The notes under the pieces were generated by a model that worked only from the letters and a program-made list of their open reading frames with translations, did no database searches and was not told the DNA's origin. Of a stretch of 64,000 bases of DNA, positions 29,702-39,608 are shown one piece after another. The DNA is from an uncultured bacterium. GTDB lineage: Bacteria; Babelota; Babeliae; Babelales; Babelaceae. A program made the position numbers and the translations under genes. The stretch is taken from the NCBI GenBank assembly GCA_963722385.1, contig CAVRKK010000002.1, positions 608,001-672,000 on the forward strand, given 5' to 3'. The first letter of the stretch is position 1. Each line of letters begins with the position of its first letter.

Positions 29702-30001
29702 CTATGGATGGGGGATAATGGCAACTATGGAAATAATATCTTTTCCTGGACCGTAATACCAAAATACTCGATAAGCACCTGGAGTTTTTTGTTGCGCATA
29801 GGCTTCAAAAACTTTTTCTCCATTGGGTCCCTTAAATCTACTATACTCGTGAGTATTGAGGGAAGGGTGCCTTAGATTTGTCTCCATCAATTCTAACGTT
29901 TTTAGGACAGCTTTAAGAACCTTTTTTTTTGATGAGTCTTGTTCTAAAACAGCTAAATCCTGATCCCCTTGCTCTGTAAAAACGATTTTTCTTTGCACCA
30001 T
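29702..30001 (-). CDS. RelE-fold type II toxin
   Basis: 99 aa, RHPSLNTHEY, EAYAQ, GAYRVFWYYG, ends PHP; directly after antitoxin. Confidence 0.75.
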   Translation of the reverse strand: MVQRKIVFTEQGDQDLAVLEQDSSKKKVLKAVLKTLELMETNLRHPSLNTHEYSRFKGPNGEKVFEAYAQQKTPGAYRVFWYYGPGKDIISIVAIIPHP

Positions 30002-30004
30002 CAG

Positions 30005-30307
30005 CTACCGTTTCTTAGGCTTGGCAAATGATCCTCTATATATGGTCGCCTTTTGCTTTAATCCTTTTTCTATATGTTCTATAAGGTTTTTATTTGCAGG
30101 ATCGTAGACCCATAGCTCATGGTCTGGTATTTGTTTTTTTTTCGTTGAAGACTTTGGCCGTCTAGAGGGTGTTTGCGTAGATATCCATTCATCAATAGAT
30201 TCAAGGATTATTTGCCTTAAAGTTTTGCCCCGCAAAGCAGCTAGTGCTTTTAGTTGTTTATGATAGTCAGTTGGAATATCGAGAGATATGCGTGTTTTTT
30301 CGCTCAT
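30005..30307 (-). CDS. Type II antitoxin with N-terminal RHH domain
   Basis: TRISLDIPTDYHKQLKALAALRGKTLRQII; C-terminal IPDHELW...GSF. Confidence 0.75.
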   Translation of the reverse strand: MSEKTRISLDIPTDYHKQLKALAALRGKTLRQIILESIDEWISTQTPSRRPKSSTKKKQIPDHELWVYDPANKNLIEHIEKGLKQKATIYRGSFAKPKKR

Positions 30308-30469
30308 GATTAGCCTTAATCAGTGGTTAGGATAATAATTATTATATTATCTAAGCTGAAATAAGTAAATACTCAAATACTTATTTGACTAAGGAGTAAT
30401 GATTTGCTCAATCAAAAGCGATACTCTCTTATGAAACAGCTCGGCATAGGCAATTCATGTTTCAGGTAA

Positions 30470-30566
30470 CAGCTAAGCCCGCTGTTTAGGCGGGCTTGCT
30501 CTTGTGGACCGGCCATGTTTCAGACACTTGGCCACAATGTTTTATTTCGCTACTAGATCAAAGACG
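30470..30566 (-). ncRNA. Candidate structured sRNA, copy 1
   Basis: TTGACT-16-TATAAT promoter at 30600-30573; internal stem; terminal GC hairpin; homolog at 46315..46411. Confidence 0.55.
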
Positions 30567-30572
30567 TACCTA

Positions 30573-30664
30573 ATTATATAACAATCCAAAACAAAGTCAA
30601 GCAAAATCTTACATATTTTACAAAATAAGACAAAATTGCTTATTTTTGCACAACATGATACAAT
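30573..30664. promoter_or_regulatory. Divergent sigma70 promoter pair
   Basis: Minus: TTGACT-16-TATAAT. Plus: TTGCTT-17-TACAAT with TG extension. Conserved at 46418..46509. Confidence 0.65.
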
Positions 30665-30702
30665 TTTTTGAATCTTTAAGATCATTACTCAGGGAGAAAA
30701 AA

Positions 30703-30933
30703 ATGGCAGGATATAGCTACAAAGAACTTCTGGATAAAAAGAATCAAGATGCAATCCGTGAGAGACTACTTATTGTTAACAGAAAAACAGGACTATCAAT
30801 TGCTAAAATGTCCGCTCAAATTGGTATAAGCCCAACGACATTACGCTCATTTCTGGTCGATGAAAAGAAAGCAATATATGCGGTTATATCAAAAATCTTG
30901 GGTTTTATTGAACAACACGAAATAGACAACTGA
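30703..30933 (+). CDS. Small XRE/Cro-type HTH protein
   Basis: GLSIAKMSAQIGISPTTLRSF; ATG after GGGAG RBS. Confidence 0.75.
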   Translation: MAGYSYKELLDKKNQDAIRERLLIVNRKTGLSIAKMSAQIGISPTTLRSFLVDEKKAIYAVISKILGFIEQHEIDN

Positions 30934-31267
30934 ACAATGTCGGCAAAGCGTTGCCTTTTTAATTAAGGTTGCTTGAATATTCAAGCCTTGATTGCTGTAG
31001 CTTGCGAACCGCTTCTATAAGCGGAAGCTTTGTTATCTATCATAAGAGTTTACGCTTTAAGCTTTATGTTAACTTATGCTCTTTGACTTATGACGGTGAT
31101 AAGTTAAAATAAAGCTATAGCTAAATATTTTTCATTAGAGATATTTGAAATACTTCTGCTGCATGAAGTAGAATTTTTAAAAACAGAGGAGATCCCGATC
31201 GGCTATTTTTGAGGCAAGCTCAATCGTTGATGAAGCCAAGAAACAATTTACAAAAAAGGAGAGGCAG

Positions 31268-31968
31268 ATGAAGAAAAACTTTGTCCTATATGGGTGTTCT
31301 TGGGGTTATTCGGCCTGATTGCCGGCGACACTCTGAGCAAGCCCGACTCCGCACAAAAAGTGCGGCATGGATCAACTGGTGCAGGTTCCACCTGGCTCAA
31401 CGGGCTCAACGGGCTCGACAGGATCAACTGGCAGGACTGGGTCAACAGGTTCTACAGGCATTACTGGCCCCACTGGTGAACCTACCCTCGAACCAGCGCA
31501 TAAGCCTTTACAGTAATTCAGCACAATCAGCCCCAGCTAATACTGCTGTTACCATTAACACCCTTAATGTAGCAGCTGCACTAAACGGTTGGACTCTCGA
31601 TGCCAACAGCATGGATTTTTCATCAACAGCCACTGGTGTATATCTGGTTAATTACCAAATATCAATTGCAACATCGGTTGAACTCGCGGGATCAGCTACC
31701 GTAGCTTCGCGAGTTACCCTGGATGGCGTTGAAGTACAAGGAAGTTTTGCAGGGTTAACCCAGACATTGAGCGTGGGCGCTCTGCAACATCTTACCCTCG
31801 CAAGAAGCTTTATCATGAATTATAATACTGCCGGCCAAACCGTGAACGTCCAGTTTACTTGCGAAGCGACAGTAGCAATTGATAACTGCGCATTGGCATT
31901 CGATGCCAACTTCTTCTTCGTTTGTTACGCCAGTAAGTGCCACAGTTACTATTGTAAGGATAGCTTAA
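31268..31968 (+). pseudogene. Frameshifted collagen-like (GxT) BclA-type protein
   Basis: Signal peptide, GSTGSTGSTG...GITGPTG, BclA-C-like TGVYLVNYQI domain and SATVTIVRIA* lie in different frames. Confidence 0.75.
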
Positions 31969-31973
31969 TAGAA

Positions 31974-32006
31974 AGCAGACCAGCCAATATGTTTGGCTGG
32001 TCTGCT
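31974..32006. terminator. 14-bp stem hairpin between convergent genes
   Basis: AGCAGACCAGCCAA-N5-TTGGCTGGTCTGCT. Confidence 0.6.
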
Positions 32007-32652
32007 AATCGAAGCCAAGCAAGCGTGCAAAGTACCAGCGCAAAGGATACACAAGCATGATAGCGCCAAGCACACCATCGATCCTATCTAAAAAGCCCCC
32101 ATGACCAGGCAATAACGAACCAGCATCTTTCAGGCCAACGCGCCGCTTAAGATACGACTCAAAGAGATCACCTGCCGTTGCTGCAGTGCAAATCATCAGG
32201 CAGAAGATAAAAATTGCTCCTAGGGATGATGGATGACCGCTTGAGGCTAAAAATATTTCTGAGCCACAGAGCGCCGCGACAAACCCACCAACTACGCCTT
32301 CCCAGGTTTTTTGAGGACTAATAGCAGGACACAGCTTATACCTACCCCATTGCTTGCCCGCCAAAAATGCCCCAGCATCATAACTTGACACCGTCACCAG
32401 TAAAAGCGAAAGCAAAAGGCGCATGGCGCCCTGATTAAGGGCTACTAATAAGAGAAATGGTAAAATAGGATACAGCGGGGTAAGCCATGGCAGACGAAAG
32501 AGCGGCCACTCGGTCCTCAAAACAAACAAGAGAACACCAATTAAAATGAGCGAAAAAACCCATGCAGGTGCGTATACATAGCAGGCTATGAGGCCGACTA
32601 TGAGTACCGTGCTTGTTATCATTCTTTGAAGAAGTTCGTGATGAAATCTCAT
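32005..32652 (-). CDS. cdsA: Phosphatidate cytidylyltransferase
   Basis: ISPQKTWEG, GDLFESYLKR..GLKD.G.LLPGHGGFLDRID. Confidence 0.93.
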   Translation of the reverse strand: MRFHHELLQRMITSTVLIVGLIACYVYAPAWVFSLILIGVLLFVLRTEWPLFRLPWLTPLYPILPFLLLVALNQGAMRLLLSLLLVTVSSYDAGAFLAGKQWGRYKLCPAISPQKTWEGVVGGFVAALCGSEIFLASSGHPSSLGAIFIFCLMICTAATAGDLFESYLKRRVGLKDAGSLLPGHGGFLDRIDGVLGAIMLVYPLRWYFARLLGFD

Positions 32653-32658
32653 TGGTAT

Positions 32659-33027
32659 TTATTCTTCGGCGGCGGTAAAAGCGTTGGCAATATAGGTAAG
32701 AGTATAATTGCTTTCTTGCTTTTCTAAAAGAGCAACATCAAATCGATATACCCTGTCTTGCAACCTCTGGTAAGCTATGTAGGCACGCGCTGTCTTGATA
32801 ATCTTTTTTTGCTTATCACGACCAACTACTTCCGATAGATGAAAATAGTGGCGCTGACGCAGCTTTACCTCAACAAAGATAAGAAGCTCGCCCCTCACCG
32901 CAATAATATCAATTTCACCCCAGCGAAGTGCATAATTATACGCGGCAATGGAAAATTGCTGCTCCTCAAGATAACGGCCAACCAGCTGCTCACCCTCAGA
33001 GCCGAGTTGCCTGCGGATATTTACCAT
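32659..33027 (-). CDS. yraN: YraN family endonuclease
   Basis: LGSEGE, GEIDIIA, FVEVK, RFDV. Confidence 0.9.
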   Translation of the reverse strand: MVNIRRQLGSEGEQLVGRYLEEQQFSIAAYNYALRWGEIDIIAVRGELLIFVEVKLRQRHYFHLSEVVGRDKQKKIIKTARAYIAYQRLQDRVYRFDVALLEKQESNYTLTYIANAFTAAEE

Positions 33028-33856
33028 GTCGTTTCGTTTGTAACCATCTTGTTATAAAAGATTCTTCAGGCTCAGCATGCTTGTCCACGTAATCGCTTAC
33101 TTGCGTAAGAGCATACACTAAGCCGTCTCGGTATATCTCCGGCGAGGAAGTATCAATCTGGCCAAGGTTCAGAAGGTTTTCAGCACCCTTGAGATTGGCA
33201 GCATATTCTTTGAGGGCATATTCGAGGCGATCATGCGCAGCCTTAAGAACACTCTGCTTCGGCTCGTAAACGTATTTACTCAGGTAAAATTGTATGGCAG
33301 CAACTTCGCTTTTAAGTAGTTTTAAAAGCGTGAGACGAATAATTTTCTTTACGTCCTTAGTATATTCGGTTCCTTCAGGAAACTCCTCAAGAAATTGCCG
33401 CGCAAGAGCGAGCGTCTCAAGCGTTTTGCTCTGATCTTTGCTACTAAGAAGCGAATCATACTTATTGGCCACAATCTCACGATACAAAACGTACGTTATA
33501 GCCGGACTTCCTGGGTAAAAGATCTTATACTGATTATAAAGCTTGCTCGCCTTGCTGCGCTGGCCCAGTTCCATGTAGAGATCAGCAAGCTCAAGGGTAA
33601 GCTCACGTCGCACATCATGGTCTTTGGCTAAACTAAGCGCATGATCAAGGTACTTGGCAGCAAGAGCGCTATCCTGCATTTTGAGATAATAATTTTTGCA
33701 TGTTAATGCTTCTTCTAGGTTCGTTTGACGGATACCCTTCATCGGTAACACTTCAACATTCGCTTTCCGGAGCCGTCGCGATGTCTGGACCCGTGGTCCG
33801 CAACCGCTCATAAAAACGATGGCAAGCAGAAGCAAAATTCTGAAATAATATGTCAT
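32996..33856 (-). CDS. bamD: Outer-membrane assembly lipoprotein BamD-like (TPR)
   Basis: Lipobox MSGC, YPGSP, DQSKT..A, FPEGTEY, E..AIQFY. Confidence 0.75.
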   Translation of the reverse strand: MTYYFRILLLLAIVFMSGCGPRVQTSRRLRKANVEVLPMKGIRQTNLEEALTCKNYYLKMQDSALAAKYLDHALSLAKDHDVRRELTLELADLYMELGQRSKASKLYNQYKIFYPGSPAITYVLYREIVANKYDSLLSSKDQSKTLETLALARQFLEEFPEGTEYTKDVKKIIRLTLLKLLKSEVAAIQFYLSKYVYEPKQSVLKAAHDRLEYALKEYAANLKGAENLLNLGQIDTSSPEIYRDGLVYALTQVSDYVDKHAEPEESFITRWLQTKRHGKYPQATRL

Positions 33857-34007
33857 GTAGTGCCCGTTGATCGTTGAATTATTGTTATTTTAGCTTATAA
33901 ACTGGCTCTTGCGAGCTTTTAACCAAGCACATACTTAATGTATTACACAATTTGTTATCAGGCAAGTCTGTGGTATCTTAAGTAATAAAATATAAGGGGT
34001 TTTCCTC

Positions 34008-35720
34008 ATGGTGGAAAAAAATATTGGCGAAATCCTAAAAGAGCTGGGCCTCATTAGCTCCGAGCAATACGAAACGTTTCAAGCGGCAAGCAAAAAGCTC
34101 GGACAGGATTTTGAAACGTATGTCATTGCCCACAATCTTGTGCGTGACAAAGACCTTGCCCAAGCGCGGGCGGTCAAGTTCGGTTTGCCATTGATAGAGG
34201 TGATTACCGATAAAATGGCAGAGCCCGATGTGCTCGGCAAAATTCCCTTAAAATTCCTTCGCGAAAATAGCATCATCCCTTTACGCAGCCCGACGGGCAC
34301 CATCATAATAGCCATGGCCGACCCGCTCAATTACCAACCCGCCGATGAGCTCGACAGCCTCTTTGGGGGCTCAACATCCCGCGCCGTGGCAGCACGCTCA
34401 ACCATTATTGATGCCATTAATCGTTATTACCCTCTTGAAGGCACCAAGCAAATGATCGCCGAGCTTGAGGAAGAAAAAGGCCTCGGACCCGAAATGGATT
34501 TCGGTACGATCCAAGAAGAAGATATATTGGGCATGGCAAGCGAGGCGCCTATCATAAAGCTCGTCAATCATATTCTCTATCAGGCGGTCAAGCGGGACGC
34601 CTCAGATATTCACATCGAGCCTTTTGAAAAAGAGCTCCAAGTACGATATCGCATTGATGGTGTTCTCCACACGGTTATGATGCCCCCTAAGCGTGCGCAA
34701 GCAGCGATTATATCTCGTATCAAAATTATGGCTAACTTGAATATCGCTGAAAAGCGACAGCCGCAGGATGGTCGCATTCAGATCAAGATTGCGGACAAGC
34801 CAATTGATATACGGGTATCGGTGCTGCCCGTTGTCTTTGGCGAGCGCGTTGTGATGCGGCTATTGGACCAAAGTAAAACATTTGCCTCGTTATATGAGCT
34901 CGGCTTTAGCGAGCGCGATTTTAAGATTGTGATGAATAGCATCGCGCAACCCAATGGCATCATCTTAATCACCGGTCCAACCGGCTCTGGTAAGACAACA
35001 ACCCTCTATGCCATCTTGAGCAAGCTCAATAGCCCCGAAGTTAATATCATTACGGTTGAAGACCCCGTTGAATACCAAGTCCCTGGTATCGGACAAGTAC
35101 AGGTAAAAGAGAGCATAGGGCTCACCTTTGCCGCCGCGCTTCGCTCCATTCTGCGCCAGGACCCCGACATCATCATGATTGGTGAAACACGCGACCGGGA
35201 GACGGCCCAGATTGCTATTCAAGCCGCCCTGACCGGGCATCTTGTCTTGAGCACATTGCATACCAATAGTGCAGCAGCCAGCATCACCCGCTTAATTGAC
35301 ATGGGTATCGAGCCGTTCCTCATCGCATCAACACTTTTGTCAGTCGTAGCCCAGCGACTCGTGCGCAAGCTTTGTCCCCATTGCAAGAGAGAGTACAAGC
35401 CTGATCCTGATCTCTTAAAGCGCCTCGGAATATCACCAGCGCAGGCCCAGCATATACATTTTTACCAGGCAGTTGGCTGCCCCGAGTGCTCAAACACTGG
35501 CTACAAAGGACGAATGGCTCTCTTTGAAGTAATGCTTATGAGCAATACAATTGCACGTATGACCGTGGAGCGAGCTGATTCCGCGCTTATTCAGCAGGAA
35601 GCAGTCAAAGAAGGCATGACACTCTTGCTTGATGATGGCGTTCGCAAGGTCAAGCTCGGGCTGACAACGATCGAAGAGGTCCTTTCTGTTGCTACAACCG
35701 CTGTGCAGGAAGCGCTCTAA
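34008..35720 (+). CDS. gspE: Type II secretion / type IV pilus assembly ATPase
   Basis: ASDIHIEP, PQDGRI, GPTGSGKTTTLY, LRQDPD, TLHTN, two CxxC. Confidence 0.93.
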   Translation: MVEKNIGEILKELGLISSEQYETFQAASKKLGQDFETYVIAHNLVRDKDLAQARAVKFGLPLIEVITDKMAEPDVLGKIPLKFLRENSIIPLRSPTGTIIIAMADPLNYQPADELDSLFGGSTSRAVAARSTIIDAINRYYPLEGTKQMIAELEEEKGLGPEMDFGTIQEEDILGMASEAPIIKLVNHILYQAVKRDASDIHIEPFEKELQVRYRIDGVLHTVMMPPKRAQAAIISRIKIMANLNIAEKRQPQDGRIQIKIADKPIDIRVSVLPVVFGERVVMRLLDQSKTFASLYELGFSERDFKIVMNSIAQPNGIILITGPTGSGKTTTLYAILSKLNSPEVNIITVEDPVEYQVPGIGQVQVKESIGLTFAAALRSILRQDPDIIMIGETRDRETAQIAIQAALTGHLVLSTLHTNSAAASITRLIDMGIEPFLIASTLLSVVAQRLVRKLCPHCKREYKPDPDLLKRLGISPAQAQHIHFYQAVGCPECSNTGYKGRMALFEVMLMSNTIARMTVERADSALIQQEAVKEGMTLLLDDGVRKVKLGLTTIEEVLSVATTAVQEAL

Positions 35721-36214
35721 TGCGCCATGGCTTTGGCCTTCTAGAGCTTGCAATCGCTCTTGGCGTACTCGCACTTATTGCTCTCTTGACGCTGCCAACG
35801 CTGCGTATCATTGATGAGCTGACTGTATCACTCGCGGTCGATAATCTTTATGCGCAGTTGCTCAGCCTGCAACAACAGGCGCGCTTACTAGGCAAGATCC
35901 GTACCATGACGGTGTTTCCAGAAGCTGGCTCATATAGCGTGGCATCAAAAAAGTATGTACTGCCACCCCTTGTACGCTTTGGCATTATCCCCGGCGTCAA
36001 AGGACCGCCATCAAAGCCGCTCAACACCCTTAGTAAGCCGGTAACGTTTACCGACCAGGTGATCACGTTTCATCCTTCGGGAGCTTTACAATCAGGAGCG
36101 CTCTACCTTACCGATCAAGCGGGGCTCTGTCTTTATGCGGTGACCGTGGGGGTAGCGCCCTATTCATATGTCCGGCGATATGCCTATCAAGATGGCTGGG
36201 TACTCATGTCATGA
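35720..36214 (+). CDS. Pseudopilin / minor pilin (GspH/FimT-like)
   Basis: Prepilin motif MRHG|FGLLELAIAL. Confidence 0.8.
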   Translation: MRHGFGLLELAIALGVLALIALLTLPTLRIIDELTVSLAVDNLYAQLLSLQQQARLLGKIRTMTVFPEAGSYSVASKKYVLPPLVRFGIIPGVKGPPSKPLNTLSKPVTFTDQVITFHPSGALQSGALYLTDQAGLCLYAVTVGVAPYSYVRRYAYQDGWVLMS

Positions 36215-38967
36215 AGGCACTCATTACGCTCATGGCAATCACCATAGGTAGCGCGCTCGGCTTTTGTCTAATCGGCCTTCAGCTGAGCCATGATGAGCAC
36301 GTCAAAAAGGTTGTCGAGCAGCACGTAATGGCGACGCTCAGCAGAGGGCTTGGCTGTTCTCTCAACGGGCGCCTCGAAAGCTTTAACCTGCTAACCGGTA
36401 TGTTAGAATTTTCCGATGTTATTGCCGAGGACCGACGAAAGAGCTGGCGATGGCATGCGCAGCAGGCCTTTGTATCTTTTTCTCGCTTTGAGCTTCTCTT
36501 GCATCGTGTTTTGAAGCTCCACATCACGCTTGCCGCCGTTGAAGCATTTTCGCATCTTAATGGTATACAATTAGCGATTACTTCGCACATTAAAGCCTGG
36601 ATTTCATTGCCTGCCGGCCCGCTTGTTACTTCGCTCAAGTCGCTTCGCCTGCGTGATGCCCGGATAAGAATTATTGAGGCGGGCGGCCAGGCTCCGTCAG
36701 AATCATCAGCCACCCTGCATGGGCAGCTAACCATAACCGCGCACGCGGTGCAAATCGCTGCCGCTTTGGGAGACGCAACGGTCACACGGCACGGGGTACG
36801 ATACTTTGAAGCAGCAAGCGGTTTATGTCGTGCTTATATTCCACGAACAGATGCTCATCGATCCAAAGACGTTCTTCACCTTGATCTTAACGCGGTGGGT
36901 AAGTGTGCCTGCCTGCCCTCCTTTAAGCCGCAGTGCTCATTAACGGCGTCATGGCAATCAGGCAAGGTGAGTGGAATATTTTATAGCGAACACCATGAAA
37001 TGGACGCCAAGCTGGTCGGTGACACAAGTGCGGTAACCGTTACCGGCAAGGTGCCCTATAGGTATGTAGCCGATTTTATGGGCCACGCCGAGCCGGAAGC
37101 ATTTGTCGGTGATGCTGCCTATGTTCTTACGTCATCGCCGAAAGCGTTAGCGCTTAAGAAGGCAAGTGGCACGGTCACGCTCAACGCTGGTCGCTACCGC
37201 GCTTATGACGTACCCCAAGGCACGCTGCAATTTAAAACAATGCCCGACACCCTACAAGGCGAGGCGGCGCTTTCTTATGGTGGCCTGCGCGTTGGAGGTG
37301 ATTGGCAATGGGATATGCAGACACGTCGCGGGCATGCCACGTGCGCTAACGTTAGTGAATTTGTTCTACCTGGAGTTGGCGTTTGTCCTTCGCAGGCTGC
37401 TCATGCCGATATTGCACTTGATGCAGCAGGAATTATAGAGGGTTCCTATGGTATTGATCTTGACCAGAACGATGAAACAATAAAGGGAAACTTTAAGATT
37501 GGCAAGCATGGCGGCGAGGTTACGATTGCTCGGGGCGAGGGGTTACTGGCGCTTAGCGCAAAATTTGAGCCGCGTATGCACCTTTCTGCACTTGATTACA
37601 AAGAGGGAGATGGGCAGCAAGCAACCGTTATCTGCTCAGCAGATGGCGCTTTTGAGGGAAGAATCGAGTATGGGATTCTTAAAAAGCTTACCAAGCTGCT
37701 CAAGGTGGGCAATATGGAGGTAGGAGGCGAAAGAGCGGCGTCGGTTCGCGGTAGGCTCAAGGGCGATAAGGTGTTTTTTGAGAGCGAATTTGATCAAGCA
37801 CGCATCCGCTTACCCGAGACGTATACAATCGTGCAAGCAGGCCAGCTACGGGGTGAGCTCGACTGGCGAGCGGGTTCGCTTATTCTGCACGAGGGGCAGG
37901 TGACGCTTAACAAGGGAAAGATCCGAATCCCTCATGCCAACCTCTCCTGCCCACGTTATCGCGACTTTATATCCGGCGACGTTCCTGCGCCGCCCATTTT
38001 TGTGCATATGCCGCTTATTCTGGACGACTGCTTTGTCCACTGGAAAAAAGATATTATTGGGAGCGTTTCTGGCATCCTTACGCTAAGCATTACCGATGAG
38101 CAGGCGCTGATCAAAGGGTATGTTACGCTCGACAAGACCCATATACAGAGCAACGTGCTCTCATCTAAGTTTGAGGCTGAGTTGACCAAGGGTATTATGA
38201 TGGCACGTGATAAGCCGCTCGCCAACGTGAAGCTTGATATTGGCATCATTTCGGGAACACTGGTACGCGTCAAAACAGCGTTTTTGAAGGCCGATGCACT
38301 CTTCCGGCTTGCGCTGCACGGGACCTTGGCTATGCCTGAGCTCTCTGGGAGCATACAGCTTGCCGAAGGGGTGCTCAATTTTCCCTATCAGCCACTTTAT
38401 ATTACGCATGGGCGTATTTATTTCTTTGCGCATCAGCTTCAAGACCCGACGCTGGAGCTTGCTGCCAAGAACAAGATAAAGAATTATGTGGTCACCATGA
38501 ATGTAACAGGCTCGTTACGCCAGCCGCTTATAACGTTTACTTCATCGCCCGAACTGACCGAGGGTCAAATTATCACGTTGCTCTTAGGCGGCGCCGAGGA
38601 CGGGTCGTTGTTTCTTGCCATGCCGGTTTCGCTTACGAACAGTATTGAGAACCTGATGTTTGGGCCAGCCGAGTCGACTTCGCAGCTCCAGCGATACCTG
38701 GGCAATCTCTTCAAGCCGCTCAAAAGTGTTCGCATCGTCCCGCGTTTTAGCGATGAGTCTGGGCGAGGCGGGCTGCGCGGCTCGCTTATGATCGAGGTTA
38801 ATGATAATTTGCGAGCGACCATTCAGAAGAATTTTGATTTATCAGAGGACGTGCTTATCGAAGTGGAGTACGGCCTGCCCAATAATATGGTCATACGCGC
38901 CGTAAAAGACGAGCGCGGCGATCTGGGAGCCGAGCTAGAAAAAGTGTGGAAGTTCTCACGCCCGTGA
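36211..38967 (+). CDS. TamB/AsmA-like protein
   Basis: N-terminal anchor, beta-rich; GTLAMPELSG, VTGSLRQPLITFTSSPEL...IITLLLGG. Confidence 0.75.
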   Translation: MKALITLMAITIGSALGFCLIGLQLSHDEHVKKVVEQHVMATLSRGLGCSLNGRLESFNLLTGMLEFSDVIAEDRRKSWRWHAQQAFVSFSRFELLLHRVLKLHITLAAVEAFSHLNGIQLAITSHIKAWISLPAGPLVTSLKSLRLRDARIRIIEAGGQAPSESSATLHGQLTITAHAVQIAAALGDATVTRHGVRYFEAASGLCRAYIPRTDAHRSKDVLHLDLNAVGKCACLPSFKPQCSLTASWQSGKVSGIFYSEHHEMDAKLVGDTSAVTVTGKVPYRYVADFMGHAEPEAFVGDAAYVLTSSPKALALKKASGTVTLNAGRYRAYDVPQGTLQFKTMPDTLQGEAALSYGGLRVGGDWQWDMQTRRGHATCANVSEFVLPGVGVCPSQAAHADIALDAAGIIEGSYGIDLDQNDETIKGNFKIGKHGGEVTIARGEGLLALSAKFEPRMHLSALDYKEGDGQQATVICSADGAFEGRIEYGILKKLTKLLKVGNMEVGGERAASVRGRLKGDKVFFESEFDQARIRLPETYTIVQAGQLRGELDWRAGSLILHEGQVTLNKGKIRIPHANLSCPRYRDFISGDVPAPPIFVHMPLILDDCFVHWKKDIIGSVSGILTLSITDEQALIKGYVTLDKTHIQSNVLSSKFEAELTKGIMMARDKPLANVKLDIGIISGTLVRVKTAFLKADALFRLALHGTLAMPELSGSIQLAEGVLNFPYQPLYITHGRIYFFAHQLQDPTLELAAKNKIKNYVVTMNVTGSLRQPLITFTSSPELTEGQIITLLLGGAEDGSLFLAMPVSLTNSIENLMFGPAESTSQLQRYLGNLFKPLKSVRIVPRFSDESGRGGLRGSLMIEVNDNLRATIQKNFDLSEDVLIEVEYGLPNNMVIRAVKDERGDLGAELEKVWKFSRP

Positions 38968-38987
38968 GTGTACTCATCTGCATTCAA

Positions 38988-39159
38988 TCGAATCGCCTGT
39001 GCGGCTGGCACGCCTATGCTGCGGGCAGCAGGAGCGTGCTCCTGCACCTGTCGATTTTGTTTCTTTCTTTACATGCTTATTTCTCGATTTTGTTTAATGC
39101 CATAACCGTGCGGAGCGCATGATTACGGCAAACGCAATTCTCCTCACGGAGAATAGAAA
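38988..39159. repeat. Multi-hairpin REP/MITE-like element, partial copy A
   Basis: Homologous to 60674..60848 with three covarying hairpins. Confidence 0.7.
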
Positions 39160-39324
39160 GTTTCTTATATGTCAACAGCAGCTTCTCTATTAAAAGAGGA
39201 CTAAAATCTTTAATATATATTAGCTTCTTTTTACTTAATGTACAAAACAAAGATAAGAGCTTAGAGGGGAATACACACTGTTTTATCTTTTGATACTTTT
39301 CGGCGATCGTGTTTGTTATTCATA

Positions 39325-39501
39325 AGAAGAAAAGTGCTGTACGAAGCTCAAAAGCCGTTTGATTTGATCTTAAAAAATGAACATGGTACATTTTGGCGTC
39401 GACTTATAGATATGTTCAGGAACGGTGAATTAGATTCAAGCTTCACGTTAAGCACAATTCAGACGATTCTTGCAACACTCAGTATCAGATTTAATGATTA
39501 A
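39325..39501 (+). pseudogene. Serine recombinase C-terminal fragment spanning the left attachment junction
   Basis: KVLYEAQKPFDLILKNEHGTFWR matches KVLYDANKPFDLIINNEDRVLWR of 49829..51289 and continues RLIDMFRNGELD... Confidence 0.85.
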
Positions 39502-39525
39502 CAGATAGTTTACTTAAGAATTCAA

Positions 39526-39552
39526 GCGAGGAGGTTAGTTAACCTCCTCGCT
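39526..39552. terminator. Hairpin between recombinase tail and convergent hydrolase
   Basis: GCGAGGAGGTTA-GT-TAACCTCCTCGC. Confidence 0.6.
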
Positions 39553-39608
39553 AACTCCTCAGCTTAGAAAAATAGCCACATCGATGCCTTAGAGCTATTC
39601 ATGATTGA

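Noticed and set aside
31281..32060. 259-aa ORF as an intact gene
   Set aside because: Its N- and C-termini are off-frame readings of the frameshifted collagen-like gene
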